A stretch of 64,000 bases of DNA from Octopus bimaculoides (Eukaryota), in NCBI RefSeq assembly GCF_001194135.2, contig NC_068985.1:44281372-44345371 (forward strand), given 5' to 3'. The translations under genes were made by a program, and so were the position numbers. A model generated the notes under the pieces. It made no database searches and was not told the DNA's origin. It was given only the letters and a program-made list of their open reading frames with translations. Below, one piece after another: positions 36,529 through 49,724 of this stretch. How positions within the stretch are numbered: the first letter of the stretch is position 1; each line of letters begins with the position of its first letter.

Positions 36529-37664
36529 CTGTGTCTATCTGTCTGTCTATCTATCTATCTATCTATATATATATATACATATATTTATATCTATATGTGT
36601 GCACATACATGTATGTGTGTGCATGCGCCTGCACAACAAAATGTCTCTCTTTTGCTTTTATACAACACTGATTGATAACTGATCCTGTAACTTATTGATT
36701 TGGTAAATAGGGACCAATTGAATAAACACCAAATGTGAAAACTATGGGTGTCACTTTGGATTGACTAAAACCCTTCAAAGCAGCGCTCCAGCACAGTCAC
36801 AGTCCAAAGACAGAAAAGAGTAAAACATAAAGAGTAAAAGTGTATGAGTAAATGGACAGCACATTAAAATGATGCTGCTGCTTTAGTATGCATTTGGTAG
36901 AATCATAACAGCATTGGATAGAATGCCTTGTGGTATTTGTTCCAATTTTCTACACTCTGAGTTCAAATTTCACCTATATTTTTATCATCTTATAATAAAT
37001 CTGCTTGTTCCTCCGTTACTTAGCCCGTCTGTAATGCTTCCACATGATTAGTTGAAGGGGGAGGGGAGGGAGAGGTGGAGGTAAGATTGTGTTTTTTTTT
37101 TTGTACTAAGTTTTTTCTCTCTGTTACTTAGCTCATCTGTAACACTTTCACATAATTAGTTGAAGGGAAAGGTGAGAAATGAAAGAAAAAAAGAGAGAAA
37201 AAGAGGGGAAGGTGAATAATGAGGGAGAAAGAGGAAGAGTGCTGTATATTAAGTCTATAAAATTGTGCATAAAGTATATAAAGTGTATATATGAAGTGCA
37301 TTAAGTAATCACCATATTTCAATTTCCTTCACCTTTCAATGATTAGCAGATGAGTGACTATCTTTTGATACAGACACAACATAGGCTACACTTTCAGGTT
37401 TTTTTTGGATAAAATTTTCAGAAATAACCCAATAAATTTACCATTAATTCTGTGAAATATACATTGGTCCTGTTAGTTAAATATTATTAGGAATTGTATA
37501 AAAAAAATTGTTGAAATATTTTGTGTAATGTAAAAGTATAATGGATCTATTGCACATAAATTTTAACAACAAAATCTTATGTAGACACAGCCCCACAAGG
37601 GCCATGTGGACTCTGGTTGAGAATCAATTACTTTCAGGTCTGTGTGTCCTCCAAGTTCAACTCC

Positions 37665-38012
37665 TGCTTGCAGTTGTAAAAAGGAAAAAAAAAAGTGGGA
37701 GAGGGTAACAGATTCTTCAGAACCTACCTGAAATAGTAATAAACCAAGGAAATGATTAAACAAGTATTTTTACTGATCTCTCTTCATGTCAGCTCACTGG
37801 TTGGCAAGGAAGAATGCAAGGAGACTTCCATGTTCAAATCCTTGCTGTTGTAAAAAAAAAGGGGGGGGGAGGGGTGTGAGAAACAGATTCTTTAGAACCT
37901 GCCTGAAATGGTAACAGACCAGGGAAACACTTAAGAAATACATAAGGATTTTTATTGATCTCTCTTCATGTCAGCTCACCAGCTGGCAAGGAAGAATGCA
38001 AGAGGACTTCCA
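37665..38012 (+). repeat. Tandem duplication of a ~175-bp unit
   Basis: acagattct..agaacct.cctgaaat..gatctctcttcatgtcagctcac..ggcaaggaagaatgcaag..gacttcca occurs at ~37665-37832 and ~37843-38012. Confidence 0.85.
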
Positions 38013-38915
38013 AATCATGAGCACTCAGTGAACAAATGAAATGCTAGCACCCACATTAATGAAATTAATGATGATAATGATAATGATGATAATCAAGATT
38101 TAAGCCAGTTAATAGTGATATGGTACAATACTATTAGCCATTTCTAATTTCATTGGTTTCATTTTTCTTCTTATCAAGCAAACACAGATATCACTGCAAG
38201 TAGCATTAGTCATTAGTTAGTGTAACATAGCAACTATATCTTTGTATACTACAGTCATCATCGCCCCCGCACCACTGGAATTGGTTTATATTTTATGTTC
38301 TACTATAGCAGTAATAGTAGCAGTATTAGAAGCAGAAATGGTTCCTCATCAACGTTCAGAGAAACATTTGTTTCTACTTGTTGCTTTTTTTGCCTTGCTG
38401 TCATTTTACGCAAATTACATGGATGATCTCCATGTAAATTAACGCAAGTGTCTGATAACATTATCAATATCAGAATATAATATGCTCCCACTCATCATGA
38501 TAAATTATTTGAAATATATCCTTAGTACCTTACCAGTATAATGGCTATGTCTAATGATTTAAGATTTGTATTTTCATGTCATAGGTCTGCTAGATCAATT
38601 ATTCATCTATGGTATGTATGTAGGTAAGTGGGAGTGATCCATAGAGCTACTGTTTCAGATCTACTTTAACTGCCTGTAACACGTACAGGTACATCATATG
38701 GGGTACATTGCAATTTGGCAGTTTGGGTATATAATTTTTCTTGGTTTAGTCAATCTCTTTGCATAGGAATAGGTTGTCTTCATGTTCTGAGTTCAAAATC
38801 TGACAAGGTCAACTTTGCTTTTCATCCTTTTGGGGTCTATTAAATAAGTACCAGTTAAGAACTGGGGTTGATGGAGTCAACTTACTCCCTCCCTCCAAAT
38901 TTCAGGCCTTGTGCC

Positions 38916-38947
<32 letters not shown>

Positions 38948-40026
38948 TTCACTTATATTTACAAGATATCTTCCATTACTGGGAATGCATTTCTTGTCAC
39001 AGTATTGAATTTGTGTAACAGTAATCCCGTAACTTGGAAGCTGCATAGCTCTCCTTAGAAAAATCATTGCGATATGCCGTCACATCTCTTCCATTGATGC
39101 AATGAAGGTGGAATTGCCTGGTCAATGCACATATCTTGTGGCCTCATCGCTCATCCTGATAAAATATTTCTTCGGGAGAAAATTGGATAACTTAACAACC
39201 TTTATTTCTAGCTTAAAAGATTTTGTAGGGCCCACATTACTAACAAAAACATTGATACAGTAATTAACTACGTGGTCCAGCCTTGTCACATATTATGTCG
39301 CACTAGTTCTGTTTTAAAAATTACATTACAGATACACATGTTTACAGAAAACTCAACCACTTACATATTAATTTAGTTGCACTTCTGAATCCTCATAGTT
39401 GAAATCAGAAACCCATTATTACCTAATATTTACTACCAGTAAAAACATCAACAACAAGGCAGTTAGCCTCTTTTCTTCAATGCTCACTATGTGATTAAGT
39501 AATACAGCTTATTAATTTTTGATAAATAGGTAATTACTGTTATTATTTTATTAGCACAAATATGTTATTTCATCAATATGGATACTGAACAACAGTTGTA
39601 TCACATTCCTGAGATTTTCCCACCGCATTCCTGACAATTACACCATATTTCATGCATAATAAACTATTTATTATTTGCAAACCTTCATATTTACAGTCAG
39701 AGAATGTAAGGCAAAATCTCTCTCTTTCCCTCTATCTGTCTGTCTATATCTACATAATCATTCATTCTTAATATGTTCCAGCAGATTTGAATGTGAATAT
39801 GCAATTTGCTGTTGGGTTTGGTCTTTGGAGAACAATTCTATTTAGACATTATGGTTGACAACATTGTGTAAAGAGAGGAGTTGTTCTCTGAAGATGAAAA
39901 CATAACAGCAAATAACATATTTCCACTCAAATTTACAGGAACGTGTTGAGAATGACTAGACAGACCGTTATTTTGATTCTCGCTCTTTTGCATGCTCACA
40001 ATAATTTTCTATACACTTTATATACA

Positions 40027-40076
<50 letters not shown>

Positions 40077-40989
40077 CATGTATGTATGTATGTATGTATA
40101 TGATGTATATTTCTGCTATCATATAAAGAAGATCTTGCAAGGGAGAGGTGTGAACCAACCCAACTGATCTTGCCAAATGAATAAAACCAGAGATAAGGTG
40201 GTAAAAGCCAGACTGTATGCTATCTGTGTAGCAAATTAAAAAACACGCACACACATACAAGCAAGTTAAACTAATAACGCAGATCTGATGATTGTTGGAA
40301 ATGACAGTAATGGAACCAAACATGTGACAAATTTTCATACATAACTCATATCTGTTTCTGTGTCTCTCTCTCTCTCTTTCCACTCCCTTCATAACAAAAT
40401 TCAGTTTTCTCTTTTAGTATTAAATATTAAAACAAATTTATTATCCAATATATCCTTATTTGGAATGGAAAACTAACCATTATATATTCAGAATGTAATA
40501 TTGTATTTCTCAAAACAAAATCCTATTAATAATATATTCTCTCTCTCTCACATTATTTTTTTTTTCCAAAGCAATTTTCTAAAAATCAAATAAATATTGC
40601 AATTCTGCAGATAAAATTAAAACTCGATAAACAGGTTGTGTTCGAAAACAAAAGAAAAGAACATTCTGCTAGAACATTTCAAAACGCTACCGAAATTTCA
40701 TAAAACTTTAACTGAATTTTCCAGATGTTTTAAACAAATATTCTGAAAAGTTTATTATTTGAGAATCTAAATGAAATCCCAAAGACAGAAGAATTGAACT
40801 GAATGGTCAGGAATGATTAGATTTGGACAAATAAAAAAAAGATAAGTAATGCAGAAAGTAATTTAATTTGTAGACATAAAGTATATGGAGACAGACTGAC
40901 GTTGATGGAAGTGTGCAGTGTTTGGGTTGAGAGGTAGACAGATGGGTGGAATATATGTGAAATAGCATGGATAATAGAATAATCTGTTT

Positions 40990-41450
40990 AGTGGTAGCAG
41001 TAGGAGGATGAGATGGGAGTGTTAAATTGGGAGATATAGTGGGAGTGTATAATAGAAGATGGGTGTGTGTATATTGGGACAGGAGGAAGGTGTGTTACAT
41101 TCAGAGGAAAGTAGATGTATACATTGAAAGACAAGGAAGGTGTGTGTACATTGGGCACAGATGGTAGATATATGTATATATTGAAAGAGAAGATAAATGT
41201 GTGTGTTGAGAGAGGAGGTAGATATATGCACACATTGAGAGAGAAGATAAAAGTGTATGTTGGGGAAAGGAATGGGTGTATATTGGGGGGGGGGCAAGAA
41301 TATTTAATGAAGGCGTCAGAAGGCAGGTGTGTATACTGAGAGAAAATGTAAGAGAATATATTAGGAGGGGTATAGGGTATGTATATTGACAAAGAAGGCA
41401 GCAAAAGTGTAAATGGAGAAAGTAGAGAGGAGTGTATATGGGAAGAAATT
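40990..41450. repeat. Degenerate purine-rich minisatellite (~25-30-bp units, gtATATTG core)
   Basis: Direct reading; source of ORFs at 40988-41461. Confidence 0.6.
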
Positions 41451-42324
41451 AAATCAACCACCCAAAATCAGGAATTGTCCCTATGATATGCTTTCATACA
41501 AGATTTTGTGTATCTAATCTCACCATTTCAATCACAAGATTTGAGCCCAAGGTGCCATGCAATGGAACTGAACCCAAAATAAAGCATACTTGTTAATCAC
41601 CCAACTTTGCACTTTGTTCCAACTCTTTTGATACCAACCTGCCTGGAACTGCTCCAGTGCTATGATACAAAATTCATGTTTTTAAGTGATTTAAATTAAA
41701 AAAACTTCCATCAAATTCTTTTGCTAAGTTATGTTCCAAACAAGTTTAATAATGACCAGAATATTTTACTAAGTTCTTTAACATTTTGGAGTTGCCACCC
41801 CCTTGGCACACAGGCCACATTCCTAGCACCACTCCTCTCTCATTCACCACCATAAACACAGACCATTTTCTGTAGTAAATTCAAAACAAGAGTATTTCAC
41901 AAATAAAACTTAACCTAATTAACCCATTATTTTGTTGTTTTTACATCCATTGTCTCCTTTTGGCCACCCCATTTTTTCAATGCCCTCTCCCCCTGGATCT
42001 TTCCATGGCCCTCCAAGTACCGTCCACTTTCAAAATCACTAGTTTAACTGAAACAAATGCAATGTATTACAAAAGAAATATAGTGACAAAAGGGCCAAAG
42101 CACTAATCCATGAAATAAGGTGTGATATAAGGAAGTCTTGAAGGGACTCAATAGAACACATTTGACAAAAATAAGGAACTGAATAAGCTAAAGACCTTAT
42201 CTTCAGCAATGAATTGTTGCTTACTATAAATACTAATATAATTCTACTGCTTGTTTGTCAAAAATAAGGTAAATGAACTAACCACTGAGATACAGACCTG
42301 TTTCTTGATATTTTAGTATAAAAT

Positions 42325-42477
42325 CATCGGCTGTGTGGTAAGTAGCTTGCTTACCAACCACATGGTTCTGGGTTCATTCCCGCTGCGTGGCACCTTGGGC
42401 AAATGTCTTCTACTATAGCCTTGGGCTGACCAAAGCCTTGAATGGATTTGGTAGACGGAAACTGAAAGAAGCCCGCC

Positions 42478-42539
<62 letters not shown>

Positions 42540-42748
42540 ATATGCTTGTATGTCTGTGTTTGTGCCCCCAACATCGCTTGACAACTGATGCTGGTGTGTT
42601 TACATCCCCGTAACTTAGCAGTTTGGCAACGAGACTGATAGAATAAGTACTAGGCTTACAAAGAATAAGTCCTGGGGTCGATTTGCTAGACTAAAGGCGG
42701 TGCTCCAGTATGGCCGCAGTCAAATGACTAAAACAATTAAAAGAGTAA
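42325..42748 (+). mobile_element. SINE family A
   Basis: Colinear with 1063-1488. Confidence 0.85.
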
Positions 42749-43659
42749 ATATATAATAATAGATGTATCAATCCTTGCCTTAGGACCTCAACTTATAATG
42801 GAGTTGTTGTAGTACTGTTGTGACATACAGCATCTTTTGGACTTAGTCAAACCCATCCCTCTCCAGATCTGATCACAGATGGCTTATTAAGGTGGAGGAA
42901 GAGAAGAAGGAAGAGGAGAAGGTAGAAGAGGAAGCACTGAACTTGGCACTGTTCTGTTGCATTACTTATTGGCTCAGAAATTATGGAAGGCAAAGCAATG
43001 CCAGGTTACCCCAGTGGAATTAGAACACAGAACACCGATACATAAATATATAAAAACATCAACACATGTGCACATGCCTATGGGATGAAGTCATATAATA
43101 TATATATGTATACACATAGGACACATAAAGATTCCATTCAATACGTATGTAAGGTTAAATCAAGGTAGAAACTTCAATGTTCCTTCATTATCACACTGCA
43201 ATTGACATACACATGCAAGCACACATGCATGTAAGCTATATAGATAGATAGACATATCTACATACATAGCAATAGATAGATAGGCATACATACACACATA
43301 TATACACATGCACATATATATATATATGCTTGTATATATGCAATACGCACACACATACACACAACTGTACATAATTCAGAATACATTGAGGTAAACATGT
43401 TAACTAATTATAAAATGAGTTTCCGTTGCGATTGTCTTCTTTGCAGTTTAAGGGTGTAGCAATATAAGATCTAATTAAAGAACAGGAATACCAGGTATAC
43501 AACTTTAAACATACATGACTGAAGGAAAGTATTTGGGAGCCTTAGGGGAATTAAACTAGAACATGGCTGAAAAATAAGAGTGGAGTAAGGAGGGAACCTT
43601 GTCTCCATCACATACAAACACAGACAGAAGCAAATAAACATGATTGCATATGAGAAATG

Positions 43660-43711
43660 AATATATATATATAGGTGTATGAGAGTGTATCTGTGTGTAT
43701 GCCTGCATGTG

Positions 43712-43749
<38 letters not shown>

Positions 43750-43770
43750 CATATATACATATATATATAT

Positions 43771-43801
<31 letters not shown>

Positions 43802-44134
43802 CACACACATACATATATGTACATATATATATATATACACACNNNNNNNNNNATATACATATACACACACATATATATATAAACGTATATATACAAACAC
43901 ATACGTACATACATATATATAATAATATAAATAATATGTATATGCATATATTTACATGTATACACATGCATATGTGGGCACAGGATGTCACAAAACATGA
44001 ACAACAAATAATACAAAGTACGAGGACATGGAAGAAGGACTATTTTTTCGCAAGCAGCGAAAGAAACAAATGGAAAGCAAGAGAAGCAACACATCTACAT
44101 ATACACACACATATATGTATATATACACACACAC

Positions 44135-44191
<57 letters not shown>

Positions 44192-44359
44192 TATATATAC
44201 ACATATATACACACACACATATATATATACACACACACACACACACATATATANNNNNNNNNNACACACACACATATATATATACACATATATACACACA
44301 CACATATATATATATACACACACACACATATATAAATACACACACACACACACACACAC
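43660..44359. repeat. (TA)n/(CA)n compound microsatellite field with two small gaps
   Basis: Direct reading; source of the ORF pile-up at 43471-44477. Confidence 0.9.
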
Positions 44360-44518
44360 CATCATCATCATTGTTTAACGTCCGCTTTCCATGCTGGCAT
44401 GGGTTGGACAGTTTGACTGAGGAGGGGTGAGCCAAAAGGTTGCACCAGGCTCCAATCCGTCCAACCCATGCCAGCATGGAAAGCGGACGTTAAACGATGA
44501 TGATGATGATGATGATGA
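44360..44518. mobile_element. Two RTE 3' tails joined head-to-head (fold-back)
   Basis: 44360-44409 versus reverse complement of 44459-44508: 49/50 identical; (CAT)n and (GAT)n tails point outward. Confidence 0.9.
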
Positions 44519-44864
44519 TAATATATATATATATATATATATATGTAAATAATTAAATAAATAAATGTGTATGTGTTACACACATACAACATGTGTGCAT
44601 GTGTACATCTATGTAAAATACTTGTGAATGCACATATGCACACATGGACAAAGCCACAGTTATACATACATACATATGTATGTATAACAAAGCAAAATAC
44701 ATGCATGTATACATATATGTATGTATATATGCATGTGTTTTGCTTTTTGTGTTTCTTTTTTTCATACTGGCATGGATTAAACAAATGTTGCTGAGACAGA
44801 TCTGAGACTGTTGGATGCGCTTTGTGTGTTGCCAAATAATGGTATTTTTTTTCCCAATCTGCAG

Positions 44865-44948
44865 GTCCTAATATATCAAAAGCTGAATCTACAGAACATT
44901 TACATAATGGAGAATGAAATGGAAGAAACCGTTTCTTTGCTCAGATGA
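44865..44948 (+). CDS. Possible terminal exon
   Basis: Strong acceptor ttttttttcccaatctgcag; two open frames (GPNISKAESTEHLHNGE* ending 44917, or VLIYQKLNLQNIYIMENEMEETVSLLR* ending 44948); no homology recognised. Confidence 0.2.
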   Translation, partial: VLIYQKLNLQNIYIMENEMEETVSLLR

Positions 44949-45654
44949 AATTAACGAAATGAAATTATGGAATGACACACACACATATACATGTGTGTGT
45001 GTGTATGTGTAAATAGACACACACACATCCTCACAATGGGCTTCTTCATTTTCTGCTTACAACTTACAGAGCATTGGTTAGCCCCTGAGGTTATAATAGA
45101 AGATATGTAGCCAAAGAGGCATGCAATGGGGTTGAACCTGGCATCACATGCTTATGAAGCAAACTCCATAATCGCAGAGCCATGTCTACATGTAACCAGC
45201 TTCATAACTACATAATCATATGTATGTCGCTAGAAAGGGACAGCTGTACATCACCAGATTATAGTGATAAATGCTTGTACAACACGAGGCTGAAGTGAGA
45301 TAATCTGGAGTCACATGAAACTGCAGGTTTTACAAGAGTGTGTTCTTCTTTATGGTGACCTCATTTCTCATTCCATCAACTGAAAGTCTTATTGCGATGG
45401 AAGAGTGTTGATGTGTGCAGACCTGATCAATTGGAAGTACACAGTAAGTTACAACTTTCATCTGTCACCGATTCTTCAAACATGCAGATCTGCAACAAGA
45501 CTGAATATAAGTCATCTGAGAGGTCATGTATGGAAAGTTAGAAATATTATTGACAACGAGGAAGCACAAAGAGATGGCAATCCTCTGTGAAGATGAAGCA
45601 ATCATCACGTATGCATGAATGAATGAATGTATGTATGTATGTATGTATGTCTCT

Positions 45655-46215
45655 TCTATTTTTTTAATTATTACAAATCTTCCACTGAGAAGGGAGCCGG
45701 TTTCCAACAAAGAGACAAGGCTCCATCTTTGGGATGTAGTTAACAGACAAATTCACATTTGGAACTTGAGAAAAGTCTTGCATATCTTTACTGTTCTACT
45801 CACAGATTGCACTTGTCATGTATGAATTAGCTGGTCAATTTCGCTTTCTGAAAATCCTGGTTTATCCAGATTCTCCTTTAAGCATTTACTAACAAAACCT
45901 AGTGCTCCTATTATTATTGGTATCAATATGAATTCATAGTCTGGATATAGAAGCTGGAGGTTTCAAAGCAGTTGTCCATAGATATCCTCTTTTTCTTTGC
46001 TTTTCAAAGAGATATTTATATCTGTAGGGCAGCTGACATCTGTGATGGTACATACCTTTGTCCCAAACAACAATATCCAGCATATTATCTTTACATTTGA
46101 GAGAAATTTTGATGGGAATATTCCACCAGTATTCCTTGAGCTGGTATATTCTATAACAAGATTTTCTAAGTTTATTTCAAGGCAGTCTTTTTTGTGGATG
46201 GATTTGTAAAATGTT
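45655..46215 (-). pseudogene. R4/Dong-clade LINE 3' end (restriction-enzyme-like endonuclease)
   Basis: KCKDNMLDIVVWD / VCTITDVSCPTDINISLKSKEKEDIYGQLL*NLQLLYPDYEFILIPIIIGALGFVSKCL fits the RPD..D.S.P..K..KY..PIIIGALG pattern; short aataat tail. Confidence 0.8.
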
Positions 46216-46249
46216 TTTTGTTTGTATGTATGTATGTATGAATGAGGAG

Positions 46250-47790
46250 TTGCTGACCCTAATCCTACTATCTCTAGGGATCCTCCCGGACATTGGAGAT
46301 TACCTATTTCCCACACACTCTTAGTGTTTATTGCACTAGTTCATTGAGAGCCATCATAGCAGCATTAAAGATTCATAGGCAATTCAAGGCACTGAAGTTT
46401 TTAATATTTATTGACAGGACGCCATAACATATCTAGATCAGAATTAGGCCCCTAGATCTATGTGACTTGGACAACTGCTCATGGCGTCCAGATAGTTGCA
46501 CTGAGTGCATCTGCCACATACTAAGTCTGCTTTCTCTCTCATCCTGCTATGCTGCCTATGCTTCCACTGCACATCTTGTGTATCCATAGTTTTCACTGGA
46601 TACACTGTATCAAATTTCAACCCACTCTTTTTCTACATATTGACCAAGGTCATTTCCTTGATATTAGCAAGGTTTTGGCTGTTTTCCTACTTACTAAGAC
46701 TTTATTAAGTTAACTTTAAGGCCTTTTTATTCTAGCTTTTGCTTCCATGCCCAGATATTTTTTTCTAATTCTACTACAAATTCAGCTATAAGAATAAGGT
46801 GATCAGCATATAAGAGTTACCAGGGGCACCTAACCTTAAACTCCTCCGATACTGGCAGGAGGACTATGATAAATAGAAGGAAACTGAGCATTGGACCTTG
46901 GTAGACACTTAACTGCACACTAAATTCATCACTGTGCTCATTGCTAACTGTCACCTTGCTAACAACATCCCTATACATGAATTGCATGGTTCTCACAAGC
47001 CATTCGTCTGCTCCTAGCTTTCTCAGCAATAACCAGATCACAGAGTGAAGATTTCAGATGAAAGCTTTCTCCATATGCCAGATACAGCAGCTTACTGGCT
47101 TACTCTTAGATACTTCTCCTGAAATTATCTCACTAGAAAGATGGCATCAGTAGTACTTCTTGGTAACAACTGAATTGCATCTCTTCCAAATTAATTCTCT
47201 CCATAACTAAGTGATCTAGAATTCTTTCTGCTATTTTTCATAACCTGGTCTAGCAATTTGATACCCCTATAATTACCTCTCTCTAAAATGTCACCTTTGC
47301 CCTACAAACAGTTGATTCTGCTACACCAGTCACTAAATATGATGCCTTCCTGTACAAACTGAATGATTATAAGAGTAACTAGTCCATATACTCCATCAGG
47401 TATTTTAAGCACCTCAGCATTAATTCCTGATGGACCAGATGCTTTCCATACTTTCACAGCCTTACAAGTAAAATTTGATGGATCTCAAGAATGATTTCAA
47501 TATGTTGTGTACAATGTTTGCAAAGTCTTGTTGCAGGAATTTGTCACTCAAATTTCACTTTAGGTTTCATAACCATTTTTATGAAGTTTATCTTTTTTCT
47601 GATCTGTAGGTGTGTAAACTGAAATAACTTGCTCAGAATGTCCATAAGCTAAGGTTTTCAAATTCTATATTTAGACTACATTTCTTTCATTACTTGTCTC
47701 TAGTTGTTACTCATAAACTTACTAAATTTCTAAACTTGCTTGGGGTATATTATCTCAAGATTTTAATATCACTGCTCTCATTTTCTTAAT
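46250..47790 (-). pseudogene. Degraded RTE LINE ORF2 (RT) fragment
   Basis: STTDAIFLVR..EKY, IWLLLRKLGADEWLVRTMQFMYRD..VYQGPMLSFLLFIIVL..EEFKVRCPW, GKASGPSGINAEVLK and CPGGSLEIV remnants. Confidence 0.85.
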
Positions 47791-48016
47791 TTTTGAAATA
47801 TCACATAACTCTGTGTACTCTAGGAAATCTACCTCAATATATTCTGTCTGATCTGAGCAAGTATGGAAAAGTGGCTGTTAAAATTATGATGATCATACAC
47901 ACACATACGCACACACACAAACAAACACACACACAAACAGTAGCATGTGTATGCGATGAGAAATTCAGAGAATGAAGCTTTTTTTGAAACTATTGTGCAA
48001 TGCCATGATTAAGAAA

Positions 48017-48054
<38 letters not shown>

Positions 48055-48130
48055 AATTAATGAGAATATTTTTATAAATAAACATTAAAGCCCCAAGTGA
48101 GTGATATATTTTTAGAAATTAAGAAAATCC

Positions 48131-48176
48131 TGAACGTAGGAGAATAGCTGTGAAAACAGCTATTCTCCTATGTTCA
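48131..48176. other. 21-bp hairpin with GAAA tetraloop
   Basis: tgaacgtaggagaatagctgt-gaaa-acagctattctcctatgttca; 20 Watson-Crick pairs plus 1 G.U. Confidence 0.9.
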
Positions 48177-48857
48177 AAATTACATGTGTGTATGTGTGAG
48201 AGACTTTTCATTTTATGTCTACCAAATCCACCTCACAAGGCTTTGGTTAACTCAGGGCTATAGTAGAAGAGACTTGCCCAAGGTGACACATGGTAGAACT
48301 GAATCTGAAACCATGTGGATGGGAAGCAAACTTCTCAAACACAGTCATACCTGCATCTTACATGCGTGTGTGTGTGCATGCGTGTCTGTAAGTGCCTTTT
48401 GCCCAGTCAGACTTGTTTGTAGAAGACATGTCAAAGGAGTTCATTGAGGCCAATCCTGTTACACTATGAACTGAGCACTTCTCTGGATCATTACTCAACA
48501 GTACACACTTGCACATGCACATGTATGTGTCTGTTTCTATATATCTTGTGTGTACGGTTAGATGTATGGCCACTACAATGAGTTAAAGCTCCATGTAAAC
48601 AATCATTATCCATTCAGCTTCCAGTACGGTGGTTAGTCAACCATTATACTTAACAGTGTTGCTAGTTATGATATATGCAGAGCAACATTAAGTGCATATA
48701 CAGAGCAACATTAAGATAAACACATTGCAGTAGTTCAGACTTAGCATTGGATGTTCTAAGTGCATTTTGGTTGCCTACCCTGATGATCCATTGCAGTTAT
48801 GCATCCAAATGCATTTGAAACATTCAGTGTTGAGTTTCAGACAAAAGCAATGCTGAA

Positions 48858-49265
48858 ATCATCATCATCATCGTTTAACGTCTGTTTTCCATGGGTTGGA
48901 TGGTTTGACTTAGGTCTGGAAAACCAGCGGCTGCACCAGGTTCCAACCTGATCTGGCAAGGTTTCTACAGCTGGATGCCCTTCCTAATACCAACGACTCC
49001 GAGCGTGTAGTGGGTGCTTTTTATGTGCCACTGGAATGGGAACCAATCAGGTGGGCCTGGCATCGATCACATTCGGATAGTGCTTTTTTTATGTGCCACC
49101 AACATGAGAGACAGTCAGAGGGCACTGTAATTGGCCATGCTTGGTTGGTGCTTTTTACATACCACCAGCATGGGAGCCAGTCAGGCAGACCTGGCATTGA
49201 TCACGTTTGGATGGTGCTTTTTGCATGCCACCATCATGAGAGCCAGTCAGGGGGCACTAGCATCG
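48858..49265 (-). mobile_element. RTE-tailed element with four diverged ~62-bp units
   Basis: (CAT)n tail plus four gtgcttttt(a)..tgccacc units. Confidence 0.75.
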
Positions 49266-49632
49266 ACCATGTTTGGCTGTGTGGTAAGAAATTTGCTTCT
49301 CACCCATATGGTTCTGAGTTCAGTCCCATAGTGTAGAACCTTGGGCAAGTGTCTTCTACTATACCCCAGGTCAACCAAAGCCTTGTGAGTGGATTTAGTG
49401 GATGGAAACTGAAAGCCCATTGTATATACATATATGTGTGTGTTTGTCTCCCATCACCACTTGACAAGTGGTGCTGGTGTGCTTATGTCCCTGTAACTTA
49501 GCAGTTTGGCAATACAGACTGATAGAATTAGAATTGGACTTAAAAAAATAAGTACTGGGGGGTCGATCCATTTGACTAAAAATTCTTCAAGTTGGTGGCC
49601 CAGCATGACTGCAGTCTAATGACTAAAAGAAA
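49266..49632 (+). mobile_element. SINE family A
   Basis: Colinear with other copies. Confidence 0.8.
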
Positions 49633-49678
49633 AAATAATATATATATATATATATATAGATGGAGAAAAAGAGACAGT

Positions 49679-49724
<46 letters not shown>

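Noticed and set aside
38585-38611. 27-nt micro-exon candidate
   Set aside because: Overlaps a string matching repeat family E (cataggtctgct.gatc); no independent support
43471-44835. Stack of YI/HT/CV ORFs (also 9134-9475, 14023-15920, 51383-51873)
   Set aside because: Translations of dinucleotide microsatellites
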